Of a DNA stretch of 64,000 nucleotides, positions 13,919 through 28,001 are shown piece after piece (the first letter of the stretch is position 1; each line of letters begins with the position of its first letter). The DNA is taken from contig OZ024745.1 in NCBI GenBank assembly GCA_964016885.1, forward strand, positions 126,914,001 to 126,978,000. Direction: 5' to 3'. The DNA is from Eledone cirrhosa. Lineage: Eukaryota. The translations under genes and the position numbers were made by a program. Under the pieces are notes generated by a model. The model did no database searches. It was given only the letters and a program-made list of their open reading frames with translations, and was not told the DNA's origin.

Positions 13919-14640
13919 GTAAGTTACAACAATGCACATCAGCATACTTTTTACACTTTTATGTCTTTTATTGTTGGTTTTGTAGTTACCTTTATCCAGT
14001 TATCTCTTAATATTGACCAACAGCAAGGTGATGGATTTCCAGAATTGTTAGAGTTTGGGGCAAAGCATTTTGCCCCAAACTCTAACATAGAGTTATGGCC
14101 CTTTATGCTTTGTGTTCAAATCTTACAAAATATTATTACAAGATTTTGGTAGATTGGCAGTATTGGTAGAGCGTCTGACACCATGCTTTGCAGCATAGAG
14201 TTATGGCCCTTTATGTTCTGTGTTCAAATCTTACAAGATATTATTATTACTAGATATTAGGGCAGTGGATTGGCAGTATCGGTAGAGGGTCGGACGCCAT
14301 ACTTTACAGCATAGAGTTACGGCCCTTGCCATTCTGAGTTCAAATCCCGCCGAGGTTAGCTTTGCCTTTCATCCTTATGGTGTCGATAAAATAAAGCAGC
14401 AATAATGCACTCGGGTAATTGCTGGCCTTGTGCCAAAAGTAGAAAAAATTATTACAAGATTTCATACATTTTCTTCAAACTTAAAAACATTTAATTAATA
14501 AATTGCCATAAGATTTACTGATTACCGTCCTGTGGTTAGATTTACAAATTACTGAAATTCACTGATTACAACTTTTCTTACATTTTTGCCTTCATCATGC
14601 ATTATTTTATTTATGAATTTTATTTTATTTTATTTTTAAG

Positions 14641-14713
14641 GATTGGTCTATCTCAACTCGAACTTCTTCGAACAGATCTCATTAATGTCATAAAAATAAA
14701 TGAAAGCCCTAAG
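14641..14713 (+). CDS. DAGLA: DAGLA exon
   Basis: tttaag|G ATT...AAG|gtaagc; 73 nt, phase 2/0. (R)IGLSQLELLRTDLINVIKINESPK, compare RIGLSQLEGFRRQLLDVLQRSTKPK. Confidence 0.95.
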
Positions 14714-16039
14714 GTAAGCTATTTTTTTATTTCATTTATTCATTTATTATAAGTGCAGGCATGTTTATATGTAGTTAAGAAGTTTACATTCCAACAACGA
14801 CAACATGGTTATAAGATTGATCCCACTACTTGGTACCTAGAGCAAGAAGTTTTGCGTTTTGGGTTGACCAAAAATGTATCGAATTCTATGATATATATGG
14901 AGGGGGGGGGTGCATCTATTACTGCATTCTACAGAAAACATACTCTCTTCTATTTCTCTTGAATCTTACTTTTTTCTCACAATTGGTAAAGAATAGTTTT
15001 CATTTTAATATAACATGTTATATCCTGATTTTTAGAATAGATACACCATATCTTTGTGTATTGCAAGAGGCAACTAAAAGGTTTAACCTCAGGAAGGAGA
15101 TCCAGCTGTAAAATATTGTCTCAAAACATCCCATCTAACCCATGCCAGCATGGAAAAGTAGATGTAAAAACGATGATGATAATGATGATGGTGGGATCTA
15201 TATTTTATCAACAGAGACAATCAAAGGTTATTTATTAGTGTGTCTTATTTATATTTAGTGTGTATATTTATATTTTGATATTCTATTATATTTCTTCCAT
15301 ATTGTATACACAATAAAAAAGATATTGATACAATAAATATAAAATTGTTCAAAGTAGATTCAATCTGTTTTTAAGCCCTTCCCTTTTCACTATGTTATTA
15401 TATCAACCCATTACCCTTTCTATACATTGTTCAACAGAGTAAAAGCAATAGACCTTCCCCCATCACACTCCATTTTATGGGTGAATATTTGGAAGCTTTT
15501 ATTTTGATGCAAGTCGTAACTGTTAATTAAATACAACATAAAAATTCAAAACATTTCTAAAATGCAGCTATAATGTTTTTGTTGGTGTTTTATTATAAAT
15601 TCTTTAGAGTAATAGTTATTTTAAAATGATGGTTAGTTATGTTGGAGGTCTACCAACAAAAATAGAATATTTTTTTTTTCTTTTAATGAATATGTATTGT
15701 GTTTTTTTTTGCTTTTGGGGGGAGGGAGAGGCTTAGACTGATGCTTATTGGTGTCCCAAGTTATTCTCTATAGAAAAATGTTATGTTGCATCACAATAAA
15801 TTATTCCACTGCAATTAGGCTTCAGATTGAAATGTTATGTAAGATATCATATTTCTTCATTTCCACATGATGTACACCTACAATCAAATAGAATCCACAT
15901 AAAAAATGCTGTGAATACCTGCCAGAAAGTACAACTTCTGTCTATATCAATGCAAACATAAATGTCGGGCAGACTATATTGAGTACTTGTCATAACTTTT
16001 ATAATAAAGAAATACAGTTGACTAGATGAGAGCATATAT

Positions 16040-16286
16040 ATGTTTATTAAAATAACAGATTAAAGTTTAAGTAAAGAATCGCTGCTTTCACCCTAAACGG
16101 GATCTTCTGAAACTTTTTTTTTTTTAGTTTCAGAACATCCCATTAAGGGTGAACGTAGCGATTCTTTGCTTAAACTTTAATCTGTTATTTTAATAAATAT
16201 TTGCTCTAGGGTTCTTATATATTTGATATATAGTTATCCTTATCGAGCCCTCTTTGGATTTTAGTCTTCACATTTATTATTATTAC
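16040..16286 (+). mobile_element. Palindromic element with degenerate HHR-like core and tail
   Basis: About 70-bp inverted arms (tttattaaaataacagattaaagtttaag... / ...cttaaactttaatctgttattttaataaa) around a poly-T loop; tail contains TCGAGCCCT and ends in (TA)n. Confidence 0.55.
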
Positions 16287-17460
16287 TATATATATATATA
16301 TATATATATGAATCCGCTTTGGCACAGCTTTCCCTCGTCATCTCTTCTGTGAGGTACAGTGTTTTGAAATCATCTCTAACCATATCTTCCCAGGCCATTC
16401 TTAATCTTCCTCTACTACAGCTTCCTGCCAATGACATCACCTGGCACTTTTTCACTCAACATTCCTCATCCATATGCTTCATATGTCCAAAGCACTGCAA
16501 TCTTCTCTCTTGCACACTACATCTGATTCCTCTTATGCACATTTTCTTTCTCAGTTCATCTACACTACATCATTCATGCACACTAACATTGCACACCAAA
16601 TGGAGCATGCTTGCTTCATATCTCTCCAGTCTCCATATAGAGTCATATTTCACTGCCATATCTCACATACATATCTCACTGCCATCTAGCATCATACTTC
16701 TCACACAGGCATCATATAATCTTGTATCCTCGCTTGATTGGTAGATCATCAAGTGGTTGACTGGCTTCCTGAATTCATTGTTGTAAATGGTGAGGTCATT
16801 TACATCATTGAATACTAAAAGCATTGGTCCCTATTTATATATATATATATATATCAAAATAAACTAACGGAGTCATAAACTTACGTTAGTCCCTGTAATT
16901 TATGAGCTCAAAGGAAAAAGAATCCTGGGCTCTTCAAATATAATATATAGAAAAGATAACAGACGAGAGAGAGAGTGTGTGTTTATCAATGTACAGGGAA
17001 AACCACCAGTGTATGGAATCTATAAACTAAGAAAGGTGAGGTAGATGCATAATAATTAAAAATATAAATCAAATGAATTTACCCACCTTTATAACTATAT
17101 ATCACACACGTACAAACTCAGAAGGCACATGGCTTAGTATGGCTTAGTGGTTAGAGCATTGGCCTTGCAATCGAAAGGTTGTGTGTTCAATTCTCAGACC
17201 GGGGTATGTGTTGTTTCCTTGAGCAAGACACATTATTTCACATTGCTCCAGTTTACTCAGCAGTAGAAATGAGATGATAGGGACTGGGGTCCATATCATT
17301 CCACTGCAAAGTGGTCGTGGAGGTGCCACGGCAAAAAAGCACCCAGCACTCACTGTAAATGAGGTTGGTGTTAGGAAGGGGATCCAGCTGTAGAAATCAA
17401 GCCAGTATCAGTTCCCGTCCCACCCTTGCAAGGATGTAAAATGATGATGATGATGATGAT

Positions 17461-17879
17461 ATACATATATATATGTATATAGATATATATATACATATAT
17501 ATATATATATATGTATATAGATGTACATATATATGTATATATATATGTATATATATGTATATATATGTATATATATGTATATAGGTATGTATATGTATGT
17601 ATATGTATGTGTGTGTATGTATGTGTATGTATGTATATGTATGTATATATATATGTATATATGTATGTATATATATATGTATATATATATGTATATATAT
17701 GTATATATATATGTATATGTATGTATATATATATGTATATATATGTATATATATATGTATATGTATCTATATATATGTATATGTATGTATATATATGTAT
17801 CTGTATGTATATATATGTATATATATGGATATATATGTATATACATGTATATATGTGTATATATATATATGTATATATG

Positions 17880-17914
<35 letters not shown>

Positions 17915-18715
17915 ATGTATTTATATATGTATATATATATGTGTAAGAGTTTTTTTCAGAATGTATTTGACTGCTATTTCTTGTAAATAAACATTCACTT
18001 TCATCCTGACGTCACTAGCCCCGTTTTTCATCATGTGCGTTTCCATAATCACGCATGATGGCGAACTAGCCAGTTTTAGAATTCCCTTTTTGGATTATAA
18101 TACTGTGGTAGCCCTGGTTTCTGTTGAGCTCTGCTGACGATTGAAATCCAACCGTGACCATCTCCACTGAAAGTTTTCATGAAATAGTCTTTTAAGACTA
18201 TACAGAGCATTTGATGTTATTCCAAATTGAAGGATAAGTGTTTTAAACTTTATTTTATCATGAGTTAAAGGTCTATTGATTTTTCCCTGGATTTCACTAA
18301 ATTCTGTGGATGAATTTGTATCCTGATTCTCTTTTGAGATGAGTTTGAATTATTTTTCCTAAATCTTACGTTAACTACTTTTCCCATCTTGACGTTATAG
18401 TCGCATATATGTTATAGAATACTATTAGCTTCTCGCTAAAACAATCTCTATACCTCTCATTTATATATATGTATATATATATATATGTATATATATATAT
18501 GTATATATATATGTATATATATATGTATATATATATGTATATATATATGTATGTATATATATGTGTGTATATATATGTGTGTATATATATGTGTGTATAT
18601 ATATGTGTATATATATATATGTGTATATATATATATGTGTATATATATATGTGTATATATATATGTGTATATATATATGTGTATATATATATATGTATAT
18701 ATATATATGTATATG

Positions 18716-18746
<31 letters not shown>

Positions 18747-18775
18747 GTATATATATATATGTATATGTATATATG

Positions 18776-18808
<33 letters not shown>

Positions 18809-18870
18809 GTATATATATGTATATATATGTATGTATATATATGTATTTTGGTATATATGTATGTATACAA
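17461..18870. repeat. Two long (TA)n/(TATG)n compound microsatellites (17461-17942, 18462-18870)
   Basis: Directly visible; explains the IY-rich ORFs. Confidence 0.95.
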
Positions 18871-19420
18871 ATGTATATTGGTTTTCGCTTCCAACCAAAC
18901 AGTGAGTGTGTTCTGTTATTATTTCTGGCAATATTATTACAACAATATGACCCTCCCCAAGTATAACAATATTTGTTTCAACACACAATTTCATATCAAA
19001 AACTTTGCAAAACAAATATATATATATATATGTCGGTATGTATTATAGGAAGAAGACATTTGTATATTTTCCTTGTGTAGTTTCAACTTATATAAAAACT
19101 TTAAGATCTAATGATGCTCTGAGATGTGTTGTTTATGTTTCTCTCTCCTCCAAATGGCTTCTTGCCATAGCTTGCAGCTGGGATGGAACTTGCTGTTTAT
19201 TAGTCATATCTAGAAAACTAGATTCAACTTGCTATCAGCAAGAAATATCAACAATAATCTTTTTCCTGTTGTTAGTTTTTTGGGTTTTTTTAGTATTTAG
19301 CCTTTTGTTTTTATATTTTGGAGTCAATGATAGCCAGCTATCCGCATTTTAAAAATTAATTTAATTTTTGTTTGGCCAAATATTCACTTCTCTTTTACCG
19401 CAAGAAATAATTTCTCTAAT

Positions 19421-19636
19421 TTAATCCTTTAGCATTTACATTACTCTAAATATACTATTATATTTTTGTGGTAAAGGCTTTATCTCACATAATATCGAAT
19501 CTATGAGATTTTGATATTATTTATTTTGAGAAGAATGCTTTAACATCAGTATGATTGGCTAGTTATGGCCAGTTTGAACAGAAAGAGGTGAGAGAATCCT
19601 GACCGGATACAGCTGGTTTAAATGCTAAAGGGTTAA
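19421..19636. mobile_element. piggyBac-type MITE copy
   Basis: TTAA tcctttagcattt...aaatgctaaaggg TTAA. Confidence 0.8.
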
Positions 19637-21059
19637 TGCCCTATTAATTATGAAGCAGTAGATATAATATTTAAATAATTCTTCCATACATATCTATTGA
19701 GGATTAAATTGTTTGTAATAAGATACTTATACTTCACCATTCTGAGAATGGGGAACTGGCAGAGTCTTTCAAATGTTGAATAGAAGGCTTTACAGTATTC
19801 TTTCTGGCTCTCAATCCCACTGAAGTCAACTTTACCTTTTATTCTTTTGAGGTCAATAAAAAAAAGTACCAGTCTAGTACCAAGATCGATTCTTCCTCTA
19901 TGTCTCTTTTTCTCTGGAAGAAATTTGCTGTGTTCAGACCTGGATAGGAGATGGGTTCCACCAGGCTTTAAAATGGCCAAGAAATATTGTATCTCACTAT
20001 GGCACCCCTACGACTCAGTCAGGGTTTACAGGACCATACCTTACCATACCATTCAGAGAATGGTTTCACAGACAAAACAAACAAAAACATAAAAGCATTC
20101 CTTTTTTTTTTCTGAAAGGGATATTATTTTGGTGGGGGAGGGGGAGTGAATTGTACAATACAAAGCATGTTACTCAAAAATGGTTGAGAAGGCAGATCAG
20201 AGACAGACACACACACATATACATATTTATACATATATATGTACAAAGGGCTTCAATAAGCTTATTCCAATCTCCTGTGATTAGTCCACCTCACCCCATG
20301 CTCCATTATTTGTGATCCGAGAGCAGTTTTCTTCAAATACTAATTTCTTAAATAAATAAAATAAAATAAGAAAATATTACAGAAATACAACTGGAGGAAT
20401 TATAATAGTATCAGTGATGATGTCACAGGTGTGTGACGAAAGAACTCTAAGTGACTATATTTTTAACTGTTGGTCAATTAATGATAAAATTTGATTGCCA
20501 GCTGAATTAATTATAGAAATATAAAATATACTCAAGCGAAAGCTAATTTCTTTATTTCTGTTATGGATTTTTGTTGTTGTTGTTGTTTTTTTTTTTTAAT
20601 TAACTCCTCATATAATTTATATATCTATAAATTATTGTTTTAAATGCACACATTTTTCTATTTGTATGAACTGCTGTTCTGCAGCGGAACCTGTAGATTA
20701 TCATATTATATGCACCAAACTTAAATATTGCCGCATTTCCTCATGCCACCTCATATGTCATTGAAAACAACAACAACAACAAAAATATGCATTAAATAAT
20801 CACACAAATAAAAAGAAAAAATATATATTGATTTTATTTGACAGTAATGTTTTTCAGTTGAATCATAAACTACTTCTCAGCTCATTTGTCTTATTTCCTC
20901 AAACTATTTGGTTTTGTTTTTGTTGTTGTTGTTGTTGTTGTTTTCTTTCTTAATCCAATTTCACAATTTGAGAACTGTGATAATTTAATGTCATACTGTT
21001 CATTTATCATGAAACTTGATGCTTGCATCACATTTTTTTACTCTACATCCAAACACATT

Positions 21060-21660
21060 AATACACATATATACAGGCACACACACACACACACTTGCAC
21101 ACATACAATTATACTTGCACACATACATACAAGCATACACACACACACTCACACTTGCACACATACACATAAACTTGCACCCACACATACGTGTGTACAC
21201 ATATGCACACATACATATATACTTGTGCCCAGACATACATGCACGCACATGCAGGCACACATACACATATACTTGCACCCACAAATACATGCACACACAT
21301 ATGCACACAAACATGCAAACACACACATGCATACAAACGGGCACACACATACACACGCATACACTTTCACTCATACATATATATTTGCACCCACACACGC
21401 ATGCACACAAACATGCAAACACTCACACATGCAAGCATGCACACGCACACACACTTGCACACACACACATACATGCACACATACACATATGCAGACACAC
21501 ACGCATACACACACACTTGCACACACATACACAAACATGCACATACACATACATGCACACAAACATGCAAACGCACACACATGCATGCACACACACACAC
21601 ATATACACCTGCATATATGTACATACACACATATACACGTGTGTATGGGTCTGTATGCAT
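21060..21660. repeat. CA-rich low-complexity array (similar array at 25650-26115)
   Basis: Degenerate (CA)n/(CACATG) repeats. Confidence 0.9.
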
Positions 21661-22959
21661 GTATAAAGATAAATATTTATTCCAATAAACTAAAATTAAC
21701 AGCTTAAACATTTGAGATTAGAATTATTCACCTTTCAATGATAAATTCAATTGAATTATTAGGAAAAAACAAGATTTACAGCATATCATCGTTCTTACAT
21801 CCACTTTTCCATGTTGGCTTGGATTGGATGAAATGTTTTAAAACCAATGATTTACAGCTGTATACCCTTCCTGAAGCCAACCCTTTTAACCCTTTAGCAT
21901 TTACATTACTTGATAAAAGCTTTATCTCATATAATTATCTCACTTAATATTGAATCTATGATATTTTGATATTATTTATTTTAAGAATGGTGGATTGGCA
22001 GTATCAGTAGAGGGCCGGACGGCATGCTTTGCAACATAGAGTTACGGCCCTTCCCACTCTGAGTTCAGACCCGCCGTATATATATATATATCATCATCAT
22101 CATTTAACATCTATTTTCCACACTAGCATAGGTTAGACGAGCTGTCCCATTGTGAGACAATCCAGGTCTGAAGGCTGTGTTTTGCTCACACTGAACTGGT
22201 TTGGGCTTGGTTTCTACAGCTGGATGCCCTTCCTAACACCAAGCACATTTACAGTGTGAACTGGGTGCTTTTTGTCGTGACACCTACACAACCATTTTAT
22301 AGTGTGGCTGGACGCTTTTTGTCATGACACCTACACGACCACTTTACAGTGTGAACTGGGTGCTCATTGTTGTGGCACCAGGATGACCATTATCCACACA
22401 CACATATATATATAATGTAACAAGTAGCAAAGATGAAATTAAATCATTTTATAACTGACACATGCTTTTGCAAAAATAAAGGTAAAGAAATAAAAGAACA
22501 AAATCCTGGCTCAAGCTCCATTAAGAATAAAACAATATTTTTATATCATAATCTGATCTTTTACTCAAGGATTAAAGATTATTTTGGTTTTTGCCTCATT
22601 AGAGAAAACTTAAAATCATCCTCATTATAAGGAGTGATATATTAAATAAAGCATATTTCCTTATGTAATATATCTTCATAGTTTTACATCCATTTTCCCA
22701 GCTAGCAAGACTTGGACATGTCATCACAGATGAGTCAGTACTCAAGCGGAGCCTCTGAATTCTAAGTTGGTCGACATAGGATCCTGCACTCTACTGAGTG
22801 CATTTTATCATGGCTCCAACACTAGGGAAGTTGTCATATCTTGGACATAACTGAAGAGTTTTCCCAACACTTTGTTTGGCAGGTTTTCTATGGCTGGATG
22901 CCCTTCCTATCACCAACCACTTTACACAGTGAATTAACAAGTTCATTATTATATTTCAG

Positions 22960-23147
22960 TGGAAGATAATTACCAAGAGTATGATGTGCTGTCTATCGGA
23001 TAATACTGACGATATATTACAAGGTAAACTAGAGCGCAATGCTAGATTACACCCATTTGACAGTGGTATCGGACTGTCAGCTCACAAGCCTCTTTTTCTA
23101 CCAGGAAAAATTATTCATATTGTACGCAGTCATCCAGTCATCAAACG
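22960..23147 (+). CDS. DAGLA: DAGLA exon (regulatory-loop region)
   Basis: tttcag|TGG...AAA CG|gtaagc; 188 nt, phase 0/2. WKIITKSMMCCLSDN...LSAHKPLFLPGKIIHIVRSHPVIK, compare WRIIVG...LSASTPLYPPGRIIHVVHNHP. Confidence 0.94.
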
Positions 23148-23301
23148 GTAAGCTTTCATATTTATTTTCCTCATTTTATGGTCTGCAATAATTGATTTTA
23201 ATAAAAATAGTATCTGATTATATATAAACAATTATTTTCAAATATACCACTTAATGTATTCATTTTTCAATAATGCTGTATATATTTTTTCTAATTATTA
23301 G

Positions 23302-23434
23302 CTCTCATTGTAAACCAAGTTCACCAGTTTACCAAGCTATTATTGCTGAAAACAGTGATTTTGAGCAGGTCTTAGTTTCTCCCACCATGATAAATGATCA
23401 TTTCCCAGATAATGTACTAGATGCTCTACAGAAG
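23302..23434 (+). CDS. DAGLA: DAGLA exon containing the catalytic His
   Basis: attag|C TCT...AAG|gtgagt; 133 nt, phase 2/0. SHCKPSSPVYQAIIAENSDFEQVLVSPTMINDHFPDNVLDALQK, compare FNEVIISPAMLHEHLPYVVMEGLNK. Confidence 0.94.
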
Positions 23435-24876
23435 GTGAGTTCTCACTTTACACTCATATCAAATTAGTACTATAATTTATTTAAACGTTATGGCACTATT
23501 AAATATTTTACTTTTATGTAGTGTATCTAAAAAAAGTCATGTGACGAGATACATTCCTGTTTATTACAATACCAATGATAGAATTTTAACTGAGTACTAC
23601 AAGTTAACACATCATGCATCAATTAGATATTATTCTCTAGGGTGGTGAATTGGCAGAGCTGTTAGAGCGTTGAACAACATACCTTGTAGCATATAGTTAT
23701 GGTCTTTTACATTCTGAGTTCAAATTCCACCGAGGTTAGTTTATGAGGGTTCAATAAAATAAAGTACTAGTAACACACTGGGATCGATTTAATCAACCTT
23801 TCCCCTTCCCTTTAAATTGCTGGCCTTATGCCAAAAGTAGATAAAATATTTATAATAATCTTTACATACTTCATATCAATAATACAGACTTTTAGTGAAG
23901 AGGACTTGGTTTTTTAAAAAGTTGAGTCATTTGGTTATGATACATTGACATTTCAGTGACATAATAGGAATCATCAGTCTTTCAGCTGCCAGTATAATAT
24001 CTTATTAACTCTGAGAGCTTCAAGTTTTATATATCAGACTGCCAGCTTTTGAATCAAATGTTTATATTTTACTATAAGTATTGGCATAGTCGTTATGATG
24101 TCAGATAGAATACTTTACGGTATTCGTCCCACCTCATTGCGCACTCTGAGTTCAAATCCCGCCAGAGTCAACTTTGCCTTTCATCCTTTCGAGATCGCTA
24201 AAAAAAGTACCAGTCCAGTACTGGGGTCGTTTCTTCCTCTATAGAAAAAATCAACTGTGTTTAGACATGGAGAGGGTTGGGCTCCACCAGGTTTAAAAGT
24301 GCCCTAGACCCACCGTATGACGGTGCCTCTATGATTCCACAAGGAGCTATGGGATCTTTATCCTTATTACTTTAAGATGGTCCATTTACCTATATTTTGA
24401 TTATATTTCAGTTTATCTAGTATAATAAGATGTATATAAGGTCTTTTGGAATAGTTACTTCTGAATTGTCTTCCATCCACATACTACAGGCAAAACTACT
24501 CTTTTGTACACCTGGGGTTTTAGAAAGGGGCTGAGAGAGCTCAAATCCCACTTCAATGATTATGTTGTGACCCTATATAATACATTTATTTTATATTGCA
24601 CTTAGGGAAGAACAGGCCAATCACTGGTTCACTACATTTCTGATGGGAGTATCTGTAATTCAATACAGAACAAAGATCTTGACATTTTCACTCATAAAGC
24701 ACCACTTTTTAGGAGGTGGGTGGGTTAATATTTATTGCTGATATACATAAGTGAAAGATATAAACATACACACACTAATCATCTCCATCACCATTTAACA
24801 TCTATTTTCCGTGCTAGTATGGGTTAGACAGGTTAGATGGTTCTTCCACTTTGATTTTTGCTTAGTTTTCTATGGT

Positions 24877-25107
24877 TTAACCCTTTAGCATTCACATTAC
24901 TCTCTATATATACTATTGTATTTTTGTAGTAAACACTTTATCTTACATAATTATCGCACATAATATCGAATCTATGAGATTTTGATGTTATTTATTTTGA
25001 TAACAATACCTTAACATCAGTATAAGCAGCCAGTTTCAACTGGTTAAAACAGAAAGAGGTGAGACATTTCTAGCCGGATACGGCCGGTTTGAATGCTAAA
25101 GGGTTAA
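24877..25107. mobile_element. piggyBac-type MITE nested in a SINE
   Basis: TTAA ccctttagcatt...aatgctaaaggg TTAA; SINE sequence (ttttctatgg.../...cttcctaatgccaacc) continues on both sides. Confidence 0.8.
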
Positions 25108-26456
25108 AGTTCTTCCTAATGCCAACCATTTTACAGCATGTATTAGAATCTTCTTTTATGGAACCAGCATTACCACTTTACAGGGTGGTTGCAATGGACT
25201 AGGGGATTTTTTGTTTGTTTGTCATGACACAAGTAGAGGCCTTACAGTTATATATGACAAGCTTCCACACCATTTCTCTTTAATTTCTACTTTGGCTCCC
25301 AAGACTAGGGCTACAACAGAAGACACTTTCCCAAGGTGTCATGACATGGAATCAAACCTAGAAACATGTAAATGTGGAATAAACTTTCTAACAACACAGT
25401 TATGCCTGAATACATACTTTAAACCAATTTTCCCTATGCCTTCATGACTAATTACAGAAATCAGTATTGTTGCTGTTGAATTATTTTGTGCCCTTATAAG
25501 CAATTTCAACTATTTACTTTCATTTGCCCGATCAAACCTTGTTCTTTATCCAACAATTTACACTTCTAAAGCTCTTCTCTTTGTTGAGCTGTAATCATAG
25601 AAATGTTTTTTTTTTTTAACATTCCATTTCCTGACATGTTGTGGGGTGTTTTCACACATACACACACACACACCACACACACACATACACACACACACAC
25701 CACACACACATACATAAACACATACATGCACACACACTCATGCAAGCGCACATCAACCGACACCTATGCATGCATACACACACAAACAAACACGCATGCA
25801 TGCATACACATACAAACACACACACATACAAACACGCATGCATGCATACACACACAAACGCACACATACAGACACATGCACCCATACACAAACACACATA
25901 GACATGCACCCATACATACACACACATGCACCCATACACACATGTACTCATACACGCACAAACACACATGTACCCATACACACACAAACACACACATACA
26001 GACACATGTACCCATACACACAAAAAACACACACACAGACACATGTACTCATACACACAAACACACATGTACCCATACACACACAAACACATATACAGAC
26101 ACAAACACACACAAACCTTTTCTTCCAGAACATCTTTATTTTTCTCTTAAACATTACAATTGTTCCTTTGTTCCCCTTATTTTATTATATTCCTTACAAT
26201 TAGTTTTCTCCAATTGCTATCTTCTGTTCTCCATCACTAAACACTTTCTTTAACTATTCTTTTATTACTCATCCCTTCTTTTTAATGATAATAATAATCA
26301 ATATTACTTCCTTCTAATAATCTTTCTTTAAAATCTCTCTTTTATACTTTTCTACTCATTCATTATCTTATCTCTAAAGCCTTTCTTCATTTATTTCAAG
26401 ATTTATCTCAACAATAACTACAGAAATAATAAATAATAACAGTAATATCATATAGC

Positions 26457-26502
<46 letters not shown>

Positions 26503-27945
26503 GTTTCTTATTTGGGCACAAGGCCAGCAATTTTTTTTGGGGGGGAGGGGTCGATGAAATTGACACGAGTGCGTGACTGGTACTTTTATTTTATCGACCC
26601 CGTAAGAATGAAAGGCAAAGTTAACCTTGGCGGGAATTGAATTCAGATAATAAAGGGCCGTAACTCTATGCTGCAGAGCATGGCGTCCGACCTTTTACCA
26701 ATACTGCCAATCCACTGCCCTCAACAATAATAATAATAATAATAATGTTTTCTTTATTAACAACAAGGGCTGACATAAAGTATAACATTAAGGACAGCAC
26801 AGGCTGGTAAAGGACTACAAATGGGCATTTCTGTGTGTAAAGAAAAAACAAAGGAAATGACAAAAAAGAAACAAAGGAAAATTCCCCAACAGTAGGGAGA
26901 CTTCCAAGAGATAGTCATGGAGAAAGGCCATTAAAAAAGCCAGGTAACCCTGACCACCAGGGCAAGTGCCCTCTCCCAGTTTTCCACCTTCAATTTACAA
27001 GCGCATACTCAGAGCAGACCCATTCACTCGGGTCATGCTTTCCTCTCTCACCCATCTTTCAACAAATTGCTGGGAAGAGACAACCTCCTTCTCCCCCCTG
27101 ATTTTCCTTTACAAATGAAATTTGAAAAAGTTAATAATAATAATGATTTCTACTATAGGCACAAGGCCAGCAATTGGGGGAGGGCAATATCGATTAAATC
27201 GACCCCAGTGCATTACTGGTACTTTATTTTACTGACCCTGTAAGGATGAAAAGCAAAGTTAACCTTGGTGGGATTTAAACTCAGAGCGTAAAGGGCCATA
27301 ACTCACTGCTGCAAAGCATGGTGTCTGACGCTCTACCGATACTGCCAATGATTAATATTTCCTTCTAATAATCTTTCTTTAAAATCTCTCTTTTCTACTT
27401 ATCTACTCATTCATTATTTTATCTCTAAAGCCTTTCTTCATTTATTTCAAGATTTGTCTCAACAATAACTACAGAAATAATAAATAATTGTTTCTACTTT
27501 TGGCACAAGGCCAGCAATTATCCCAGTGTATTACTGGTACTTTATTTTATCGACCCCGTAAGGATGAAAGGCAAAGTTGACCTCGGCAGGATTTGAACTC
27601 AGACCATAAAGGGCCGTAACTCTTTTCTGCAAAGCATGTTGTCCAACGCTCTACCTATTCTGCCAATCCACAGCCGTAACTCTATGCTGCAAAGCATATT
27701 GTCCAACGCTCTACCAATTCTGCCAATCCACAGCCGTAACTCTATGCTGCAAAGCATGTTGTCCAACGCTCTACCAATTCTGCCAATCCACCACTAAATG
27801 TTGCTGTTAACTGTAGTAATGCAGCCTCTGAAGACAATACTGAAACTAGTTGTTCTTAGGGCAGCCATCAAGTAGTAATGGTTGACTCCATCATCCCTTG
27901 AACTGATCCAAACTGGTCAGTGCTCAACCAGTAGTGGTGGCAGCT

Positions 27946-28001
<56 letters not shown>

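Noticed and set aside
27820-27865. CTGAAGA-caatact-GAAA-ctagtt as a hammerhead
   Set aside because: No stem II, and stem I does not pair across the putative cleavage site.
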